From positions 1,621,801 through 1,685,800 of the forward strand of contig OZ243977.1 in the NCBI GenBank assembly GCA_965214735.1: a stretch of 64,000 bases of DNA, in the 5' to 3' direction. The notes below the pieces were generated by a model. It was not told the DNA's origin. It ran no database searches and was given only the letters and a program-made list of their open reading frames with translations. Both the position numbers and the translations under genes were made by a program. The stretch is from Dehalococcoidia bacterium. GTDB taxonomy: Bacteria; Chloroflexota; Dehalococcoidia; Lucifugimonadales; Lucifugimonadaceae. Positions 45,025 through 54,973 of the stretch are shown here, piece after piece; the stretch's first letter is position 1, and the number at the start of each line of letters is the position of its first letter.

Positions 45025-45147
45025 TTGTCGTACTCCTCTCTGGGTCTGTCAGCGTCGAGCACTCTTCTGAGCTGAATGAGCAGGTAAAGAAGCTGGGCGA
45101 CAGCTGGGTAATTAGATGCTACTCCGCTTGTAGTACGATCCAACCAG

Positions 45148-46689
45148 ATGGCAAGCTGCCTTTCAGGCAATATGTCCTTGTACTTGGGAACTCCGTATGA
45201 AGCTGTGCGCGGAAGGGTGAATCCACAACCTACATCCGTCCGTTACAACGACTGGCGCCAAGTGATGGTGGAGCCGCTGGATGCGTTCACGCCTACCATA
45301 CCCGTCAGCGTGATCATCCCTTGCTACCAGACGCTCGCTGAGACGCTGGATAGAACCTTGGCGGCACTTGAGCGTCAGACCTACCCGCGGGAGATGTTCG
45401 AGGTAATAATCGTCGATGATGGGTCGGAGCCGCCGCTGGAGCAACCTAGATCGACCTCTCTGGATGTCAAAGTGATGCGCCAGGAGCGTCGCGGGTTCGG
45501 CCTTCCAAGGGCGCGCAACACTGGTGCTCGGGCGGCGGCCCACGACATCCTGCTATTCCTCGACGACGACATCCTCACGGAGGCGGACTGGATGATGTCG
45601 CACGCGCGCTGGCATCACGTCGTCTCTGACGCCCTGACCTGTGGGCTCTACGCCAGTGTGTCTCCTGGAGACATTGCCGCGGATACAGTGCGGTACTGGA
45701 CCGGGTCATTAGACGAATTGTTTTCGGATCGTCCATGTGACCCGCCTCGGACTGAAACTCATCTAGTCAGGACCAACGGCCTGACATCGACTGCCGACGA
45801 CTTGTTCAGGTTCGTAATCGGGGGGAACCTCGGGGTCAGCAGGGAATTCTACGAGATGGTGGGTGGCTTCAACGAATCCTTCACGCGCTGGGGAATGGAG
45901 GATGCCGAGTTCGGGTATCGGGCTTATACCCTCGGTGCGCTGTTGATACCAGTGCGAGATGCCCTGGTTTGGCACCAAGGGCGATGGAAGGATGATAGAG
46001 AGATCAAGCACCGGAGTCTTCAGCTTCAGCGTGGTAAGGCAGCCCATTTTATTGCCCACCCCGAGTTCCGCGATAAACAGCCCGGGAGAATCTTCGCGGT
46101 ACCGCAGTACGTGGTGACTGTAGATGCGAGACATAGTCCTGCCGATCAGATTATCCGTGCCGTTGTGAATGTTCTGGCAGACCACGAGCATGACTTGGTG
46201 ATCAGAATCGAATTGGATGATAGCGTAGGTGCTGAAGGGCTGATACGGCTCCAAGAAGAGTTCGGTACCGATCCACGAGTGCGCGTCGCTCCTACTCGCC
46301 CGGCACTCGACGAATTCGCGGCATCGCCCTTTCACGTCAAGATTCCCGCCGCAGTATTCGCCAAGGATATGATGCGTCGGCTACGTTCCAATCTGGGAAG
46401 CGCCGTCGCCGCGACATCGGTACTTCCAGATGGAAGCACGGTGTCGATCACGCGGGCGTGGGCTCTGCATCGGGCGCATCGCACGGGGAAAAGCACCGCC
46501 GATTTCGGTGATGTGCGGATGATACGCGACAAGGTTCTTAAGCCGAAGAGATCAGCACCTGCGGGCCACCCCACCAGATGGAGATCTTTGCTCCGTTGGG
46601 TGCGGGACATCCGTAGTCCCGGAGATGCTTGGGCTTTCTTAAGGAGCTTGGTGGTGGCGGTTCGGTGGCGGGTGGCTATCAAACGATAG
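45148..46689 (+). CDS. family-2 glycosyltransferase with a long C-terminal extension
   Basis: VSVIIPCYQTLAETLDRTLAALERQTYP...VIIVDDGSEP, NTGARAA..LLFLDDD. Confidence 0.75.
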   Translation: MASCLSGNMSLYLGTPYEAVRGRVNPQPTSVRYNDWRQVMVEPLDAFTPTIPVSVIIPCYQTLAETLDRTLAALERQTYPREMFEVIIVDDGSEPPLEQPRSTSLDVKVMRQERRGFGLPRARNTGARAAAHDILLFLDDDILTEADWMMSHARWHHVVSDALTCGLYASVSPGDIAADTVRYWTGSLDELFSDRPCDPPRTETHLVRTNGLTSTADDLFRFVIGGNLGVSREFYEMVGGFNESFTRWGMEDAEFGYRAYTLGALLIPVRDALVWHQGRWKDDREIKHRSLQLQRGKAAHFIAHPEFRDKQPGRIFAVPQYVVTVDARHSPADQIIRAVVNVLADHEHDLVIRIELDDSVGAEGLIRLQEEFGTDPRVRVAPTRPALDEFAASPFHVKIPAAVFAKDMMRRLRSNLGSAVAATSVLPDGSTVSITRAWALHRAHRTGKSTADFGDVRMIRDKVLKPKRSAPAGHPTRWRSLLRWVRDIRSPGDAWAFLRSLVVAVRWRVAIKR

Positions 46690-46745
46690 GGTCGCAAGAT
46701 CGCTGTGTAGTCAGGTATGTAAGTTTCTTCTCATAAGGGCTTCGC

Positions 46746-47945
46746 TCAATCAGAAGACTTCTCGCCGGAGTAGCCTTCGGACTCCATGACTCGTGCCGCG
46801 CGCGGGTTCTGCTGTATCTTGTTCAGAACCGCCTCGCGGGCACGGTTCCAAGTTTCACGGCTCTCGTTTACGAAGCGGTACGACTCGCGATAGTCGTCGA
46901 GCATGCCGTTGATCTCCGGGACTACGTAGCGGGATACCAGGTCCCAGCTACGGCGCGTGTTCTCGCGATTAGCCCAGTCATGGGCAAATCCGATGACACA
47001 TCCGAAGCCGCCGGTCAACTCCATCATCTCTCGGATCTTGGCGACCAAGTCGTCGGGAGTGCCTATCACCGCTGTGCTGGTGTCGGAGAATGCGACATCG
47101 TCCACTGCTTCATCTGGGGTCTCGTAGATTGGTCCGTCGCCGGCCGCCAGAGTTCCCACTGTGTACAGGTTGTTGTGTCTGAGCAGCCCTTCCTTCGCCT
47201 GCTCTCGAGCCTCTTGCCGCGTCTCCGCGATGTGCCAGCTGAGTACGATACGCCAGTTTTTACGGTCGACGGTGTTGCCGTGCTTTGCAGCGGACTCTTC
47301 GGCGAAGCTCCACTGGAGCGGCAGAGACTGCATTCCCGCCTTGGTCATCGATCCGATCGAGAGGACACCTGCTTGGTGCTTGCCGGCCAGGGTCATTCCA
47401 GATGGGCTTACCATTGATGCCACCGCGAACTCCAAGTCTCTCTGAAGCGGTCTCAGCTGCAGTTTCGCATCCCGTAGCGTGAACCATTCAGCCTCGTATG
47501 TGAAGCGTTCCCCTCCTTCGAAGAGTCGTCGAATGACACCCATGGCCTCGTCCTGTCGGTCTCGCAGCGTCATCGGGTCGAAGCCTAGAGTGTGGGCATC
47601 GGATGGTAGCGCGCCGGGTCCGGATCCGAATATCGCTCGGCCTCTGGACTGATGATCTAGCTGGACGATCCGCTGAGCCACCATGAATGGATGATGGTAG
47701 GGTAGCGACACGACTCCGGTGCCCAGCATGATCCGATGGGTTCGTTCTGCCGCGGCGGCGAGAAAGATCTCGGGCGACGCTATCATTTCCCATCCGGTCG
47801 AGTGATGCTCGCCGCACCAGAACTCGTCGTATCCCAATCGATCCAGCTGTCGGACGAATTCGAGATCGTTCTGGAACTGAAGCGTGGGGTTCTCGCCTAT
47901 CGGATGGTGCGGCGCGAGAAACGCTCCGAATCGCAAGTGTGCCAT
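46746..47945 (-). CDS. LLM-class (luciferase-like) flavin-dependent oxidoreductase
   Basis: MAHLRFGAFLAPHHP...YDEFWCGEHHS...GTGVVSLPYHHP. Confidence 0.8.
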   Translation of the reverse strand: MAHLRFGAFLAPHHPIGENPTLQFQNDLEFVRQLDRLGYDEFWCGEHHSTGWEMIASPEIFLAAAAERTHRIMLGTGVVSLPYHHPFMVAQRIVQLDHQSRGRAIFGSGPGALPSDAHTLGFDPMTLRDRQDEAMGVIRRLFEGGERFTYEAEWFTLRDAKLQLRPLQRDLEFAVASMVSPSGMTLAGKHQAGVLSIGSMTKAGMQSLPLQWSFAEESAAKHGNTVDRKNWRIVLSWHIAETRQEAREQAKEGLLRHNNLYTVGTLAAGDGPIYETPDEAVDDVAFSDTSTAVIGTPDDLVAKIREMMELTGGFGCVIGFAHDWANRENTRRSWDLVSRYVVPEINGMLDDYRESYRFVNESRETWNRAREAVLNKIQQNPRAARVMESEGYSGEKSSD

Positions 47946-48100
47946 ACCGTCTTCTCCACTTTCGTTCCGATTGCTTCGTACGAAACCTATCCTAATCTGG
48001 ACGAGCAGATAGCAACAACCTTCGCCGCGGAAAACATTGGGAGCGAAGGGCGATCTTCTCGGAGGGCAAAGTGCGAATAGTGCGTTGATTCTGTCGATGA

Positions 48101-48176
48101 TGGTGGAGCTGGGGGGATTCGAACCCCCGACCTCTTCATTGCGAACGAAGCGCTCTCCCGACTGAGCTACAGCCCC
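48101..48176 (-). tRNA. tRNA-Ala (anticodon CGC)
   Basis: Cloverleaf folded by hand: acceptor GGGGCTG/CAGCTCC with G3:U70, anticodon loop TTCGCAA, T-loop TTCGAAT, encoded CCA. Confidence 0.9.
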
Positions 48177-48309
48177 AACTGAATCCGCTACTCAATGGTA
48201 CTATCGGCGCAAGTTCGAAACTGTGCTGATCGGGGTGCGAGCCGATACGCTCATCTCTATCTGGCAGCAGGAAAGCCAAATGGAGTTATTGCGTTGAGAC
48301 TCGAGCAGA

Positions 48310-49068
48310 TTACTCTTCGGCTTCGGAATCATCGGGTTCAGCTGTCGCTTCTTCTGCGATGGCGGTGAAGGTGGCTGCGACTTCTTTGGAGACGGCAGTC
48401 GCGGTGGCGTAGGCAGATTGGGCTGCCGCGGTGGCAGTTGCCCAGGCATCGTCGCCGGAGATGGCGTCTGAAAGCGCCACGTCGAAGATCAGGGTGGCGT
48501 TGGCTGGTATCCTGGGCGGAGATCCGGCAGCTCCGTAGCCGAGATCGGGTGGGATTTTTATTCGTCGCCGCTCCCCTACCTTCATATCTATGATCGACTC
48601 TCGCCACCCGGGTATGACGCCCTGCACGAAGAATGATGCTTCGCTTTCCAATAGGTAGGTAGAGCCGAAGATGCACCCGTCTTCGAGCCATCCGGTGTAG
48701 TGAACGGTAACTTGCCAATCTTGCTGTGGAGAGGGTCCCGATCCCTCTTCGAGGACTACGTGTCCCAATCCGTTGGTGGCGGTGCGGAAATCGGAATCTG
48801 ATGCCTCCTCGAATTTCGGCGCGTCTGGCGGGTATTCGTCGTTGCGGCACAGACGTTGTGAAGTTGTCGGTTCGACGAATGGGATGACGAGGTCTTCTTC
48901 ACCTGGATTTGCGCCTCCGCCTCTGCACCCGGCGATGGTGCTTGCGACGACAAAAGCGAGCGCGAAGACTGCTAGCGCAGGACTGATTGGCACCATGCGC
49001 GACAGACGCGCGAGCCGTCGCTCGGGCGCTGGTGAATAAAGGGTCGAGGAGCTACGCCTTCTCAACAT
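48310..49068 (-). CDS. FKBP-type peptidyl-prolyl isomerase lipoprotein
   Basis: Lipobox TIAGC and FKBP core VTVHYTGWLEDGCIFGSTY...VIPGWRESIIDMKVGERRRIKIPPDLGYG, with an Ala/Thr/acidic tail. Confidence 0.8.
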   Translation of the reverse strand: MLRRRSSSTLYSPAPERRLARLSRMVPISPALAVFALAFVVASTIAGCRGGGANPGEEDLVIPFVEPTTSQRLCRNDEYPPDAPKFEEASDSDFRTATNGLGHVVLEEGSGPSPQQDWQVTVHYTGWLEDGCIFGSTYLLESEASFFVQGVIPGWRESIIDMKVGERRRIKIPPDLGYGAAGSPPRIPANATLIFDVALSDAISGDDAWATATAAAQSAYATATAVSKEVAATFTAIAEEATAEPDDSEAEE

Positions 49069-49076
49069 GCTCGGCC

Positions 49077-49847
49077 CTACTTGGATTTGGCCGACTCCAT
49101 GAATTTAGCTGCTCCCTCGTTGATCCAAGGTGCGGTCCCCGTCAAGAAGAACTGGACTCCGAGGTCCACGTAGTACTGAACATCGTCGCTGGTGCAGATC
49201 GCGCCGGCGGTCTTCCCTGCCGCCACGATGCGCTTGTATGCGTCTTCCATAACGGCTTTCGCCTCTGGGTGTCCGGGTTGTCCCTTGTAGCCCATAGAAG
49301 CAGAAAAGTCGCCTGGTGCCACGAAGAAGACGCCGATGTGGTCTACTTCCAAGATCTCATCTAGGTTTTCGTAGGCGATTATATCTTCGATGAGGATTAT
49401 CAGCAGGGAGTTATCGTCTGCTACTTCCATGAAGTTGGGCACTCCGAAGCCTTGCCTGCTGGTGTAGCTTCCACGTTTGCCGATGGGAGGGAACTTTCCG
49501 CCATCGACGACATTTTGTGCCTCTTCCGCGGTGTTGACGTGGGGCACCACGATTGCCTGTGCTCCGCGGTCGAGCGTCCGATAGATCAGTCCCTGATGAT
49601 TTGCATTCACTCTCACTACTGGCGTGATTCCCCATAAGTCGCATGCGCGGGTGAGGTTTCCCAAGTCGGCGGCATCGACGCCTCCATGCTCTCCTTCAAG
49701 CCAGATGCCGTCGTAGCCATGGGCTAGTGCAACGGGGCCGAACGAGTCTATGTCGTCGGCGTGTGTGATACCGCCAACTACGATGGCGAGCTCACCGTTT
49801 TCGATCTTTTCTTTGGCGCGATTCGGTCGGAGGTTCATCTCATTCAA
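49077..49847 (-). CDS. HpcH/HpaI family aldolase
   Basis: IWLEGEHGGVD, VVRVNANHQGLIYRTLDRGAQAIVVPHV, FPPIGKRG, ILIED...VAPGDFS. Confidence 0.8.
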   Translation of the reverse strand: MNEMNLRPNRAKEKIENGELAIVVGGITHADDIDSFGPVALAHGYDGIWLEGEHGGVDAADLGNLTRACDLWGITPVVRVNANHQGLIYRTLDRGAQAIVVPHVNTAEEAQNVVDGGKFPPIGKRGSYTSRQGFGVPNFMEVADDNSLLIILIEDIIAYENLDEILEVDHIGVFFVAPGDFSASMGYKGQPGHPEAKAVMEDAYKRIVAAGKTAGAICTSDDVQYYVDLGVQFFLTGTAPWINEGAAKFMESAKSK

Positions 49848-50042
49848 TTCCTAGTCCATGGTTCTTTGAAATTTTGAACTCTGTGCCGCAATTCTAACCG
49901 CGCGACATGCGGAGCGGTACTAGTAGAAGATTCTGATGGCGTAGGTTTTTATGCGTGACGAGTTCTTTGCTGGCGTATATCATCAGCGACAGTTCGCAAG
50001 TCTGAAAGATAAAGATACGGATATCAGGGAGCCAGAGGGACA

Positions 50043-51137
50043 ATGCTTGAGAGATTCAAGGTGCCTGAGGATGATCGCGTTTACGTGGAGCACGATGCGA
50101 TGCACGATGTTACGAAGCGGATCTTCCGACAGATCGGGCTGGATGAGGAGGGTGCGACTGCATCGACGGATGTGCTGATCGGAAACGACCTTCGAGGCAA
50201 CGAGTCTCATGGAGTATCCAACGGTCTGAGAGGGTATGTTCGAGGTTATGCTGCCGACCAGCTCAATCCTAGACCCGATTGGCGAGTCGTTCGAGAAACG
50301 AGCACTACCGCCAACATCGATGCTGATGGCGCTTTAGGCATTCACATCGGTCCCCCTGCAATGGAGATGGCGATCTCGAAGGCTGATGAGCATGGTGTGG
50401 GAGTTGTGACAGTGTTCAACACCGGGCATTTGGCAGGTTGCAGCCACTATGTTTTGCAGGCTGTGGAGGCTGGGATGATCGGGCACACGATGACGGCGGG
50501 AGGCGCTGGAATAACGATTCCGACTTGGGGCTCGAGACCGTTTCTAGGCACCAATCCTTTGGCGTGGGGCGCGCCGGCACGCACGATGCCCCCGTATATG
50601 CTCGACATCGCCACTACACAGGTCGCGGCGAACAAGATCTGGCTGTTGAGACGAACGGGAGCCACGGTTCTGCCGGGATGGATAACGGATACCGAGTACG
50701 AACCGGTGTTGGAAGAGACGGCGGCGCCGGGTCCTGAAACGCGAGGCAAGTACGGGATGCTACCGATCGGCGGCACCCGTGAGAATGGGTCGCACAAGGG
50801 TTTCGGTCTCGGTTTGATGAACGAGATCATGTGCAACGAGCTGACGGGGCTGGGTCCTGGTCCGCTGCTTGGCCATCAGGGCGGTCATCTGTTCACGGTG
50901 TACGACATCGAGGCGTTTACGGACAAGGAGAAGTTCTTGGACGACATGGACTCGCTGCTCAAGGCGGTAGTGGAACATCCGCCTGGGAAGGGGCATGAGC
51001 GAGTCGTGTATCCTGGTCTGTTAGAGGCGGAAGAGATCGAGAAGCGGACGAAGACGGGTATTCCGTATCACACGGAGGTTATCGATTGGTTCGAGTCGCA
51101 CTGCGCTGAGGTGGGCTTGGAGTGTGAATTGAGGTAG
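50043..51137 (+). CDS. Ldh_2 family dehydrogenase, paralogue
   Basis: NDLRGNESHGVSNGLRGYV...DGALGIHIGPPAMEMAISKADEHGVGVVTVFNTGHLAG. It is a paralogue of 18867-19946. Confidence 0.8.
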   Translation: MLERFKVPEDDRVYVEHDAMHDVTKRIFRQIGLDEEGATASTDVLIGNDLRGNESHGVSNGLRGYVRGYAADQLNPRPDWRVVRETSTTANIDADGALGIHIGPPAMEMAISKADEHGVGVVTVFNTGHLAGCSHYVLQAVEAGMIGHTMTAGGAGITIPTWGSRPFLGTNPLAWGAPARTMPPYMLDIATTQVAANKIWLLRRTGATVLPGWITDTEYEPVLEETAAPGPETRGKYGMLPIGGTRENGSHKGFGLGLMNEIMCNELTGLGPGPLLGHQGGHLFTVYDIEAFTDKEKFLDDMDSLLKAVVEHPPGKGHERVVYPGLLEAEEIEKRTKTGIPYHTEVIDWFESHCAEVGLECELR

Positions 51138-51382
51138 GGAGAGCTTTGCGGTAGATGCCATAGTTCAGAGATTGACGTGCGCCTAGAACTATTTGACGAG
51201 TCGAAGTGTACGAGCCGTGCCTCATTGGCTAGGCTCGCTCCATAGCCACTTCAGAATCTGAAGCACGCGTGATTACCGAAGACGAATTCAGACACATCCT
51301 TTCAGATTCAGCCAATTTGCGCTGAATCCAATATCCAGCACCATGGTGGCTTCGGGTACCCCGAAGTTCAAGGAGGATTAAT

Positions 51383-52168
51383 TTGAGTTCTCCTGCAGGT
51401 CTTTGCGACACCATGCGTAGCAGCCTCTCGGCGTTGTATCAGTGCTCTCCTGCACCTCAGGAAGGAGTCCGTATCCGGACTCCTTTTCTATATCCTGACG
51501 GTGGGATCGTGGACGTTTTCGTGGTTGAGGATGCTGATGGCTACACGGTGACTGACTTCGGGGATGCTCTCGGCTGGTTGCGAAATCAGACGATCAGGGG
51601 CAAGCTCAGACCGCGGCAACGTCGCTTGCTCGACGATATAAGCCTTACTTTGGGGGTCGGACTTCAGGGAGGACAGATCAGACACCGATGCACTGAACTT
51701 GACGATCTAGCTAGTTCGGTGCAGCTGGTGGGACAGGCGGCTGTAAGAGTGGCGGATCTCTGGTTCACGTTCCAGACTCGGACGTTAGAGACGGTGGCGG
51801 ATGAAGTGGATGATTGGCTCAGAGAAAGGGAGATCTGCTTCGAAAAGAGATTCAAGTCTAGGGGAAGATCAGGTCGGCAACGGACCGTTGACTACAAAAT
51901 ATCAACACCGTCGCAGATATCTTTAGTTTTCTTGCTTAGCACTGGCTCTAAAGCCGCGACAAGACGCCTCACCGAACGCGTGTTTACCGGATGCGTAGAT
52001 CTAAAAAATGCCGAGTCGGTAGCAAGCAGCCACGAGTTTGTCTCGTTGTTTGATGACAGCGTCGATGTCTGGCAGCCCTATGACTTTAGACTCCTTGAGA
52101 ATGTTTCTCATATCGCTCGATGGTCGAATCGGGAAGAGCTGGAAGATATCTTGAAGGCATCTGCTTGA
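51383..52168 (+). CDS. hypothetical protein, DUF1828/DUF1829-like (unverified)
   Basis: TTG start 6 nt after AGGAGG. The N-terminus IRTPFLYPDGGIVDVFVVEDADGYTVTDFGDALGWL resembles the DUF1828 pattern. There is no metabolic-family signature, and local GC is lower than in the neighbours. Confidence 0.5.
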   Translation: MSSPAGLCDTMRSSLSALYQCSPAPQEGVRIRTPFLYPDGGIVDVFVVEDADGYTVTDFGDALGWLRNQTIRGKLRPRQRRLLDDISLTLGVGLQGGQIRHRCTELDDLASSVQLVGQAAVRVADLWFTFQTRTLETVADEVDDWLREREICFEKRFKSRGRSGRQRTVDYKISTPSQISLVFLLSTGSKAATRRLTERVFTGCVDLKNAESVASSHEFVSLFDDSVDVWQPYDFRLLENVSHIARWSNREELEDILKASA

Positions 52169-52380
52169 AATGTGTGGCGATTAACTCGTCTGTATCCTCC
52201 GAGCAACCAAACTTCATCTCCCGCGGTCTATCCACATTGCATTCATGACGATGAATCGATTGAATTGTCTTTTCTAGATGGGCAACGGGGTGCGCGTTTG
52301 TTTTCAGCAGCCTGATATAGTCTTTTAACTTCGCTCGGAATGCGACTATCTGATTTCGCTGTAGCATAGGATGCAACTCG

Positions 52381-53379
52381 ATGCTGGAAAGTTCCCGCAA
52401 TCTCATGTGCAGCACTATCAAATTCGTCTTCATGCCTCCGCAGGACGACCTGAAGCGATGGTTCGCTCGTCGGCTTTCGGACTCGATGGCAGAGTACAGG
52501 GTGGTGTCGCCCGAAACTGATGATGAGGCGACTGAAGAGTTGCGAGACGCTGATGCCGCATTTGGATGGGTGTCGCCTGAAGCGCTGTCTACAGCGTCAC
52601 GGCTTCGATGGCTTCAGAATCCTGATGCCGGTCCTTTCTACGGCTACTACCACGATGCTCTGATCGATCATCCGGTGGTGATATCGAATCCTCGCGGCAT
52701 CTACTTCGACCACATCAGCCACCACATCATGATGTTCGTTCTGGCACTGTCGAGAGGGCTGCCGTGGTACTTCGACGCTCAGCGCGAGGGGCGATGGGAC
52801 AAAGATGCGCGTAAGTCTGGGTATATGAACCTTCCGGATTCGACTGCGCTGATAAACGGTTTCGGAGGGATCGGAGCAGAGGCCGGGAGGATGTGCGCGT
52901 CATTTGGGATGCGCGTGATTGGGATCGATCCTCGGTTGGAGCGGGATGCGGGGGATGCCGAGGTCTATCTGCCCGCGGAGCTGGATCGATGGCTGCCAGA
53001 AGCGGATTTTGTGATATCCACGGTGCCGCATACGCCGGAGACCGCGGGTATGTTCAACGCGGCACGGTTCTCTTTGATGAAGCCGAGTTCCTACTTCATC
53101 AATGTGGGGAGAGGGATGGTCTGCAAGATCGACGACTTGGCGGATGCGATCGAGTCGGGTGAGATTGCGGGTTGCGGTCTGGATGTGTTCGAGGTCGAGC
53201 CGCTGCCATTCGATCACAAGCTTTGGCGGTTGCCGAATGTGCTGATGACTCCGCACGTGGCGGTGAGAGACGCGGATGATATACCGGAGCGACGTTTCCA
53301 GATCGTCTTGGAGAATGCGCGTCGCTTCGCGAGGGGCGAGGGGCTGATGAACGTGGTGGATAAGACGAGGTGGTACTAG
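52381..53379 (+). CDS. D-isomer-specific 2-hydroxyacid dehydrogenase
   Basis: NAD motif GFGGIGAEAGRM, VSTVPHTPET, NVGRG, DVFEVEPLP, TPHVA. The true start may be 52405 or 52432. Confidence 0.85.
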   Translation: MLESSRNLMCSTIKFVFMPPQDDLKRWFARRLSDSMAEYRVVSPETDDEATEELRDADAAFGWVSPEALSTASRLRWLQNPDAGPFYGYYHDALIDHPVVISNPRGIYFDHISHHIMMFVLALSRGLPWYFDAQREGRWDKDARKSGYMNLPDSTALINGFGGIGAEAGRMCASFGMRVIGIDPRLERDAGDAEVYLPAELDRWLPEADFVISTVPHTPETAGMFNAARFSLMKPSSYFINVGRGMVCKIDDLADAIESGEIAGCGLDVFEVEPLPFDHKLWRLPNVLMTPHVAVRDADDIPERRFQIVLENARRFARGEGLMNVVDKTRWY

Positions 53380-53425
53380 GGATTTCTCTTCTACCTCCGC
53401 ATCAACAGTGAAGCTGCCTCTCCTG

Positions 53426-54856
53426 CTACCGCCGTTGACTCCGACTAGATAGTGCCGTTTCTGGTGCTTTCCGCAACGAACGGACTGTTGTGTCAACGGT
53501 CTTGGGTTCGGATATCTCTCTGGGGGTTTCTACTCCAAGAGCTGGGAATTTGCGGGCTTGGGACATAACCCGCGACTCGAATGATCCGACGCTGCTGTTG
53601 TATCTGGATACGGCTGTCTCCAGAGATTTACCAACACCAGCAATGTGCCCGGCAAAGACCGACAATCGGTCGTGTAGCTCGCGGCCTAGTTCGCCTATCT
53701 TAAGTGCTTCATCTGCGATTCTTCGCTCTTGCCAGCCCATCGCCACGCATTTTAGGAGTGCGACCAAAGTAGAGTGCGTGCAGATGACGATCTGCTTTTG
53801 CAATGCACGGTCCAACAGATCCGGGTCTCTTTCAACGGCGGGGGGCAATGCGAACTCGGGCACTACCATCACCACAAAATCGGCGCTATTGGGCAAGCCG
53901 CGCTGATACTCCTTGCTCGCCAGACTGTCTGCGTGATTCCGCATATGACGTGTGTGACGTGCCAGATGACGTTCGCGTTCATCATCTGATGTGGCACTCT
54001 CCGCGTCCAAGTAGCCTACTAGCGACACTTTGGAGTCGATGATGATGTCTCGATCATGCGGCATGTGCACGATGAAGTCCGTACGCCCTCCCTGTTGATC
54101 GGATGTTTGAGTCTTGTAGTGGATGCCTTTTGTCAGACCCGATAGCTCAAGCGCGCGCTCTACCTGCATTTCTCCCCACTGCCCACGAACTTGGGGCTTA
54201 GACAACGCGGAGGATAAAGAGCGTGTCTCCGATGTGAGCACGTTGTTTGACTTCAAAAGGCTTTCTATGTGCTGCCGCAATTCGCCGGTGGACTCTGATC
54301 GCGCCTTCTCGAGAGAATCGATCTTCTCCGAGAGAGGTTTGACCAGTTTCTCCACTGCTTGCTCCCTCTGCCTCAATGATGCGTCGGCACTCTCCATGAA
54401 CGACTTACGTTGCTGCTCCAAGGTCTGATTAGCCAAGACTTTGAAGGAATCGCTGGCCTGTTTGATCAAGTCTGCCCGCTCGCCCAACTCTTTCTGGGTA
54501 TTCTTGAAATCCGTCTCGAATCGGGTCTTATCTCCCTCCAGCTTTCGGATTTCCTCTTGCAACTTCTCTATCCGGTTCTCATAAGCATCGTGATTAGCCC
54601 TCAATTCATCGAATCGTTGCTCTGAGCTTTGGATCCTCGTCTGTAGCGCCGCGTTGTCCTTCTCCAATGCGCGCGCACTTTCGGCTTCCGAAGATGATGC
54701 TTCCAACTGTTCCTGCGTCGATGCGAGCCGGTTCTGTAGATCGGCGCGCTCGGCGATCAAACTTTTGGTCTCGCTCTGGCTCCTAAAAGCGAAGATTAGG
54801 GCACCCAAACCCAAACCTGCTGCAATTATCAGCATTGTGAGACCTATTGGATCCAT
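53426..54856 (-). CDS. rmuC: DNA recombination protein RmuC
   Basis: An N-terminal TM helix, a long coiled coil, then the RmuC nuclease-like domain (QVRGQWGEMQVERALE...DFIVHMP...IIIDSKVSL). Confidence 0.85.
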   Translation of the reverse strand: MDPIGLTMLIIAAGLGLGALIFAFRSQSETKSLIAERADLQNRLASTQEQLEASSSEAESARALEKDNAALQTRIQSSEQRFDELRANHDAYENRIEKLQEEIRKLEGDKTRFETDFKNTQKELGERADLIKQASDSFKVLANQTLEQQRKSFMESADASLRQREQAVEKLVKPLSEKIDSLEKARSESTGELRQHIESLLKSNNVLTSETRSLSSALSKPQVRGQWGEMQVERALELSGLTKGIHYKTQTSDQQGGRTDFIVHMPHDRDIIIDSKVSLVGYLDAESATSDDERERHLARHTRHMRNHADSLASKEYQRGLPNSADFVVMVVPEFALPPAVERDPDLLDRALQKQIVICTHSTLVALLKCVAMGWQERRIADEALKIGELGRELHDRLSVFAGHIAGVGKSLETAVSRYNSSVGSFESRVMSQARKFPALGVETPREISEPKTVDTTVRSLRKAPETALSSRSQRR

Positions 54857-54973
54857 AAATCTGTCCTTCGGTAATTATGTTTCTGACGAGCAGCCAACGC
54901 CCTATACTTGCTAACTGAATGTTAATTGTTGCCCATCATATGCTTCCCTAGCTTGTATTCGAGGAATTTCGCC

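Noticed and set aside
48338-48850. 170-aa minus-strand Arg-rich ORF
   Set aside because: It is an alternative frame of the FKBP lipoprotein gene.
52086-52433. 115-aa minus-strand ORF as a confident gene
   Set aside because: GGAGG is only 1 nt from its ATG. It overlaps both neighbouring genes and I recognise no motif. It is kept only as a remark in a finding.
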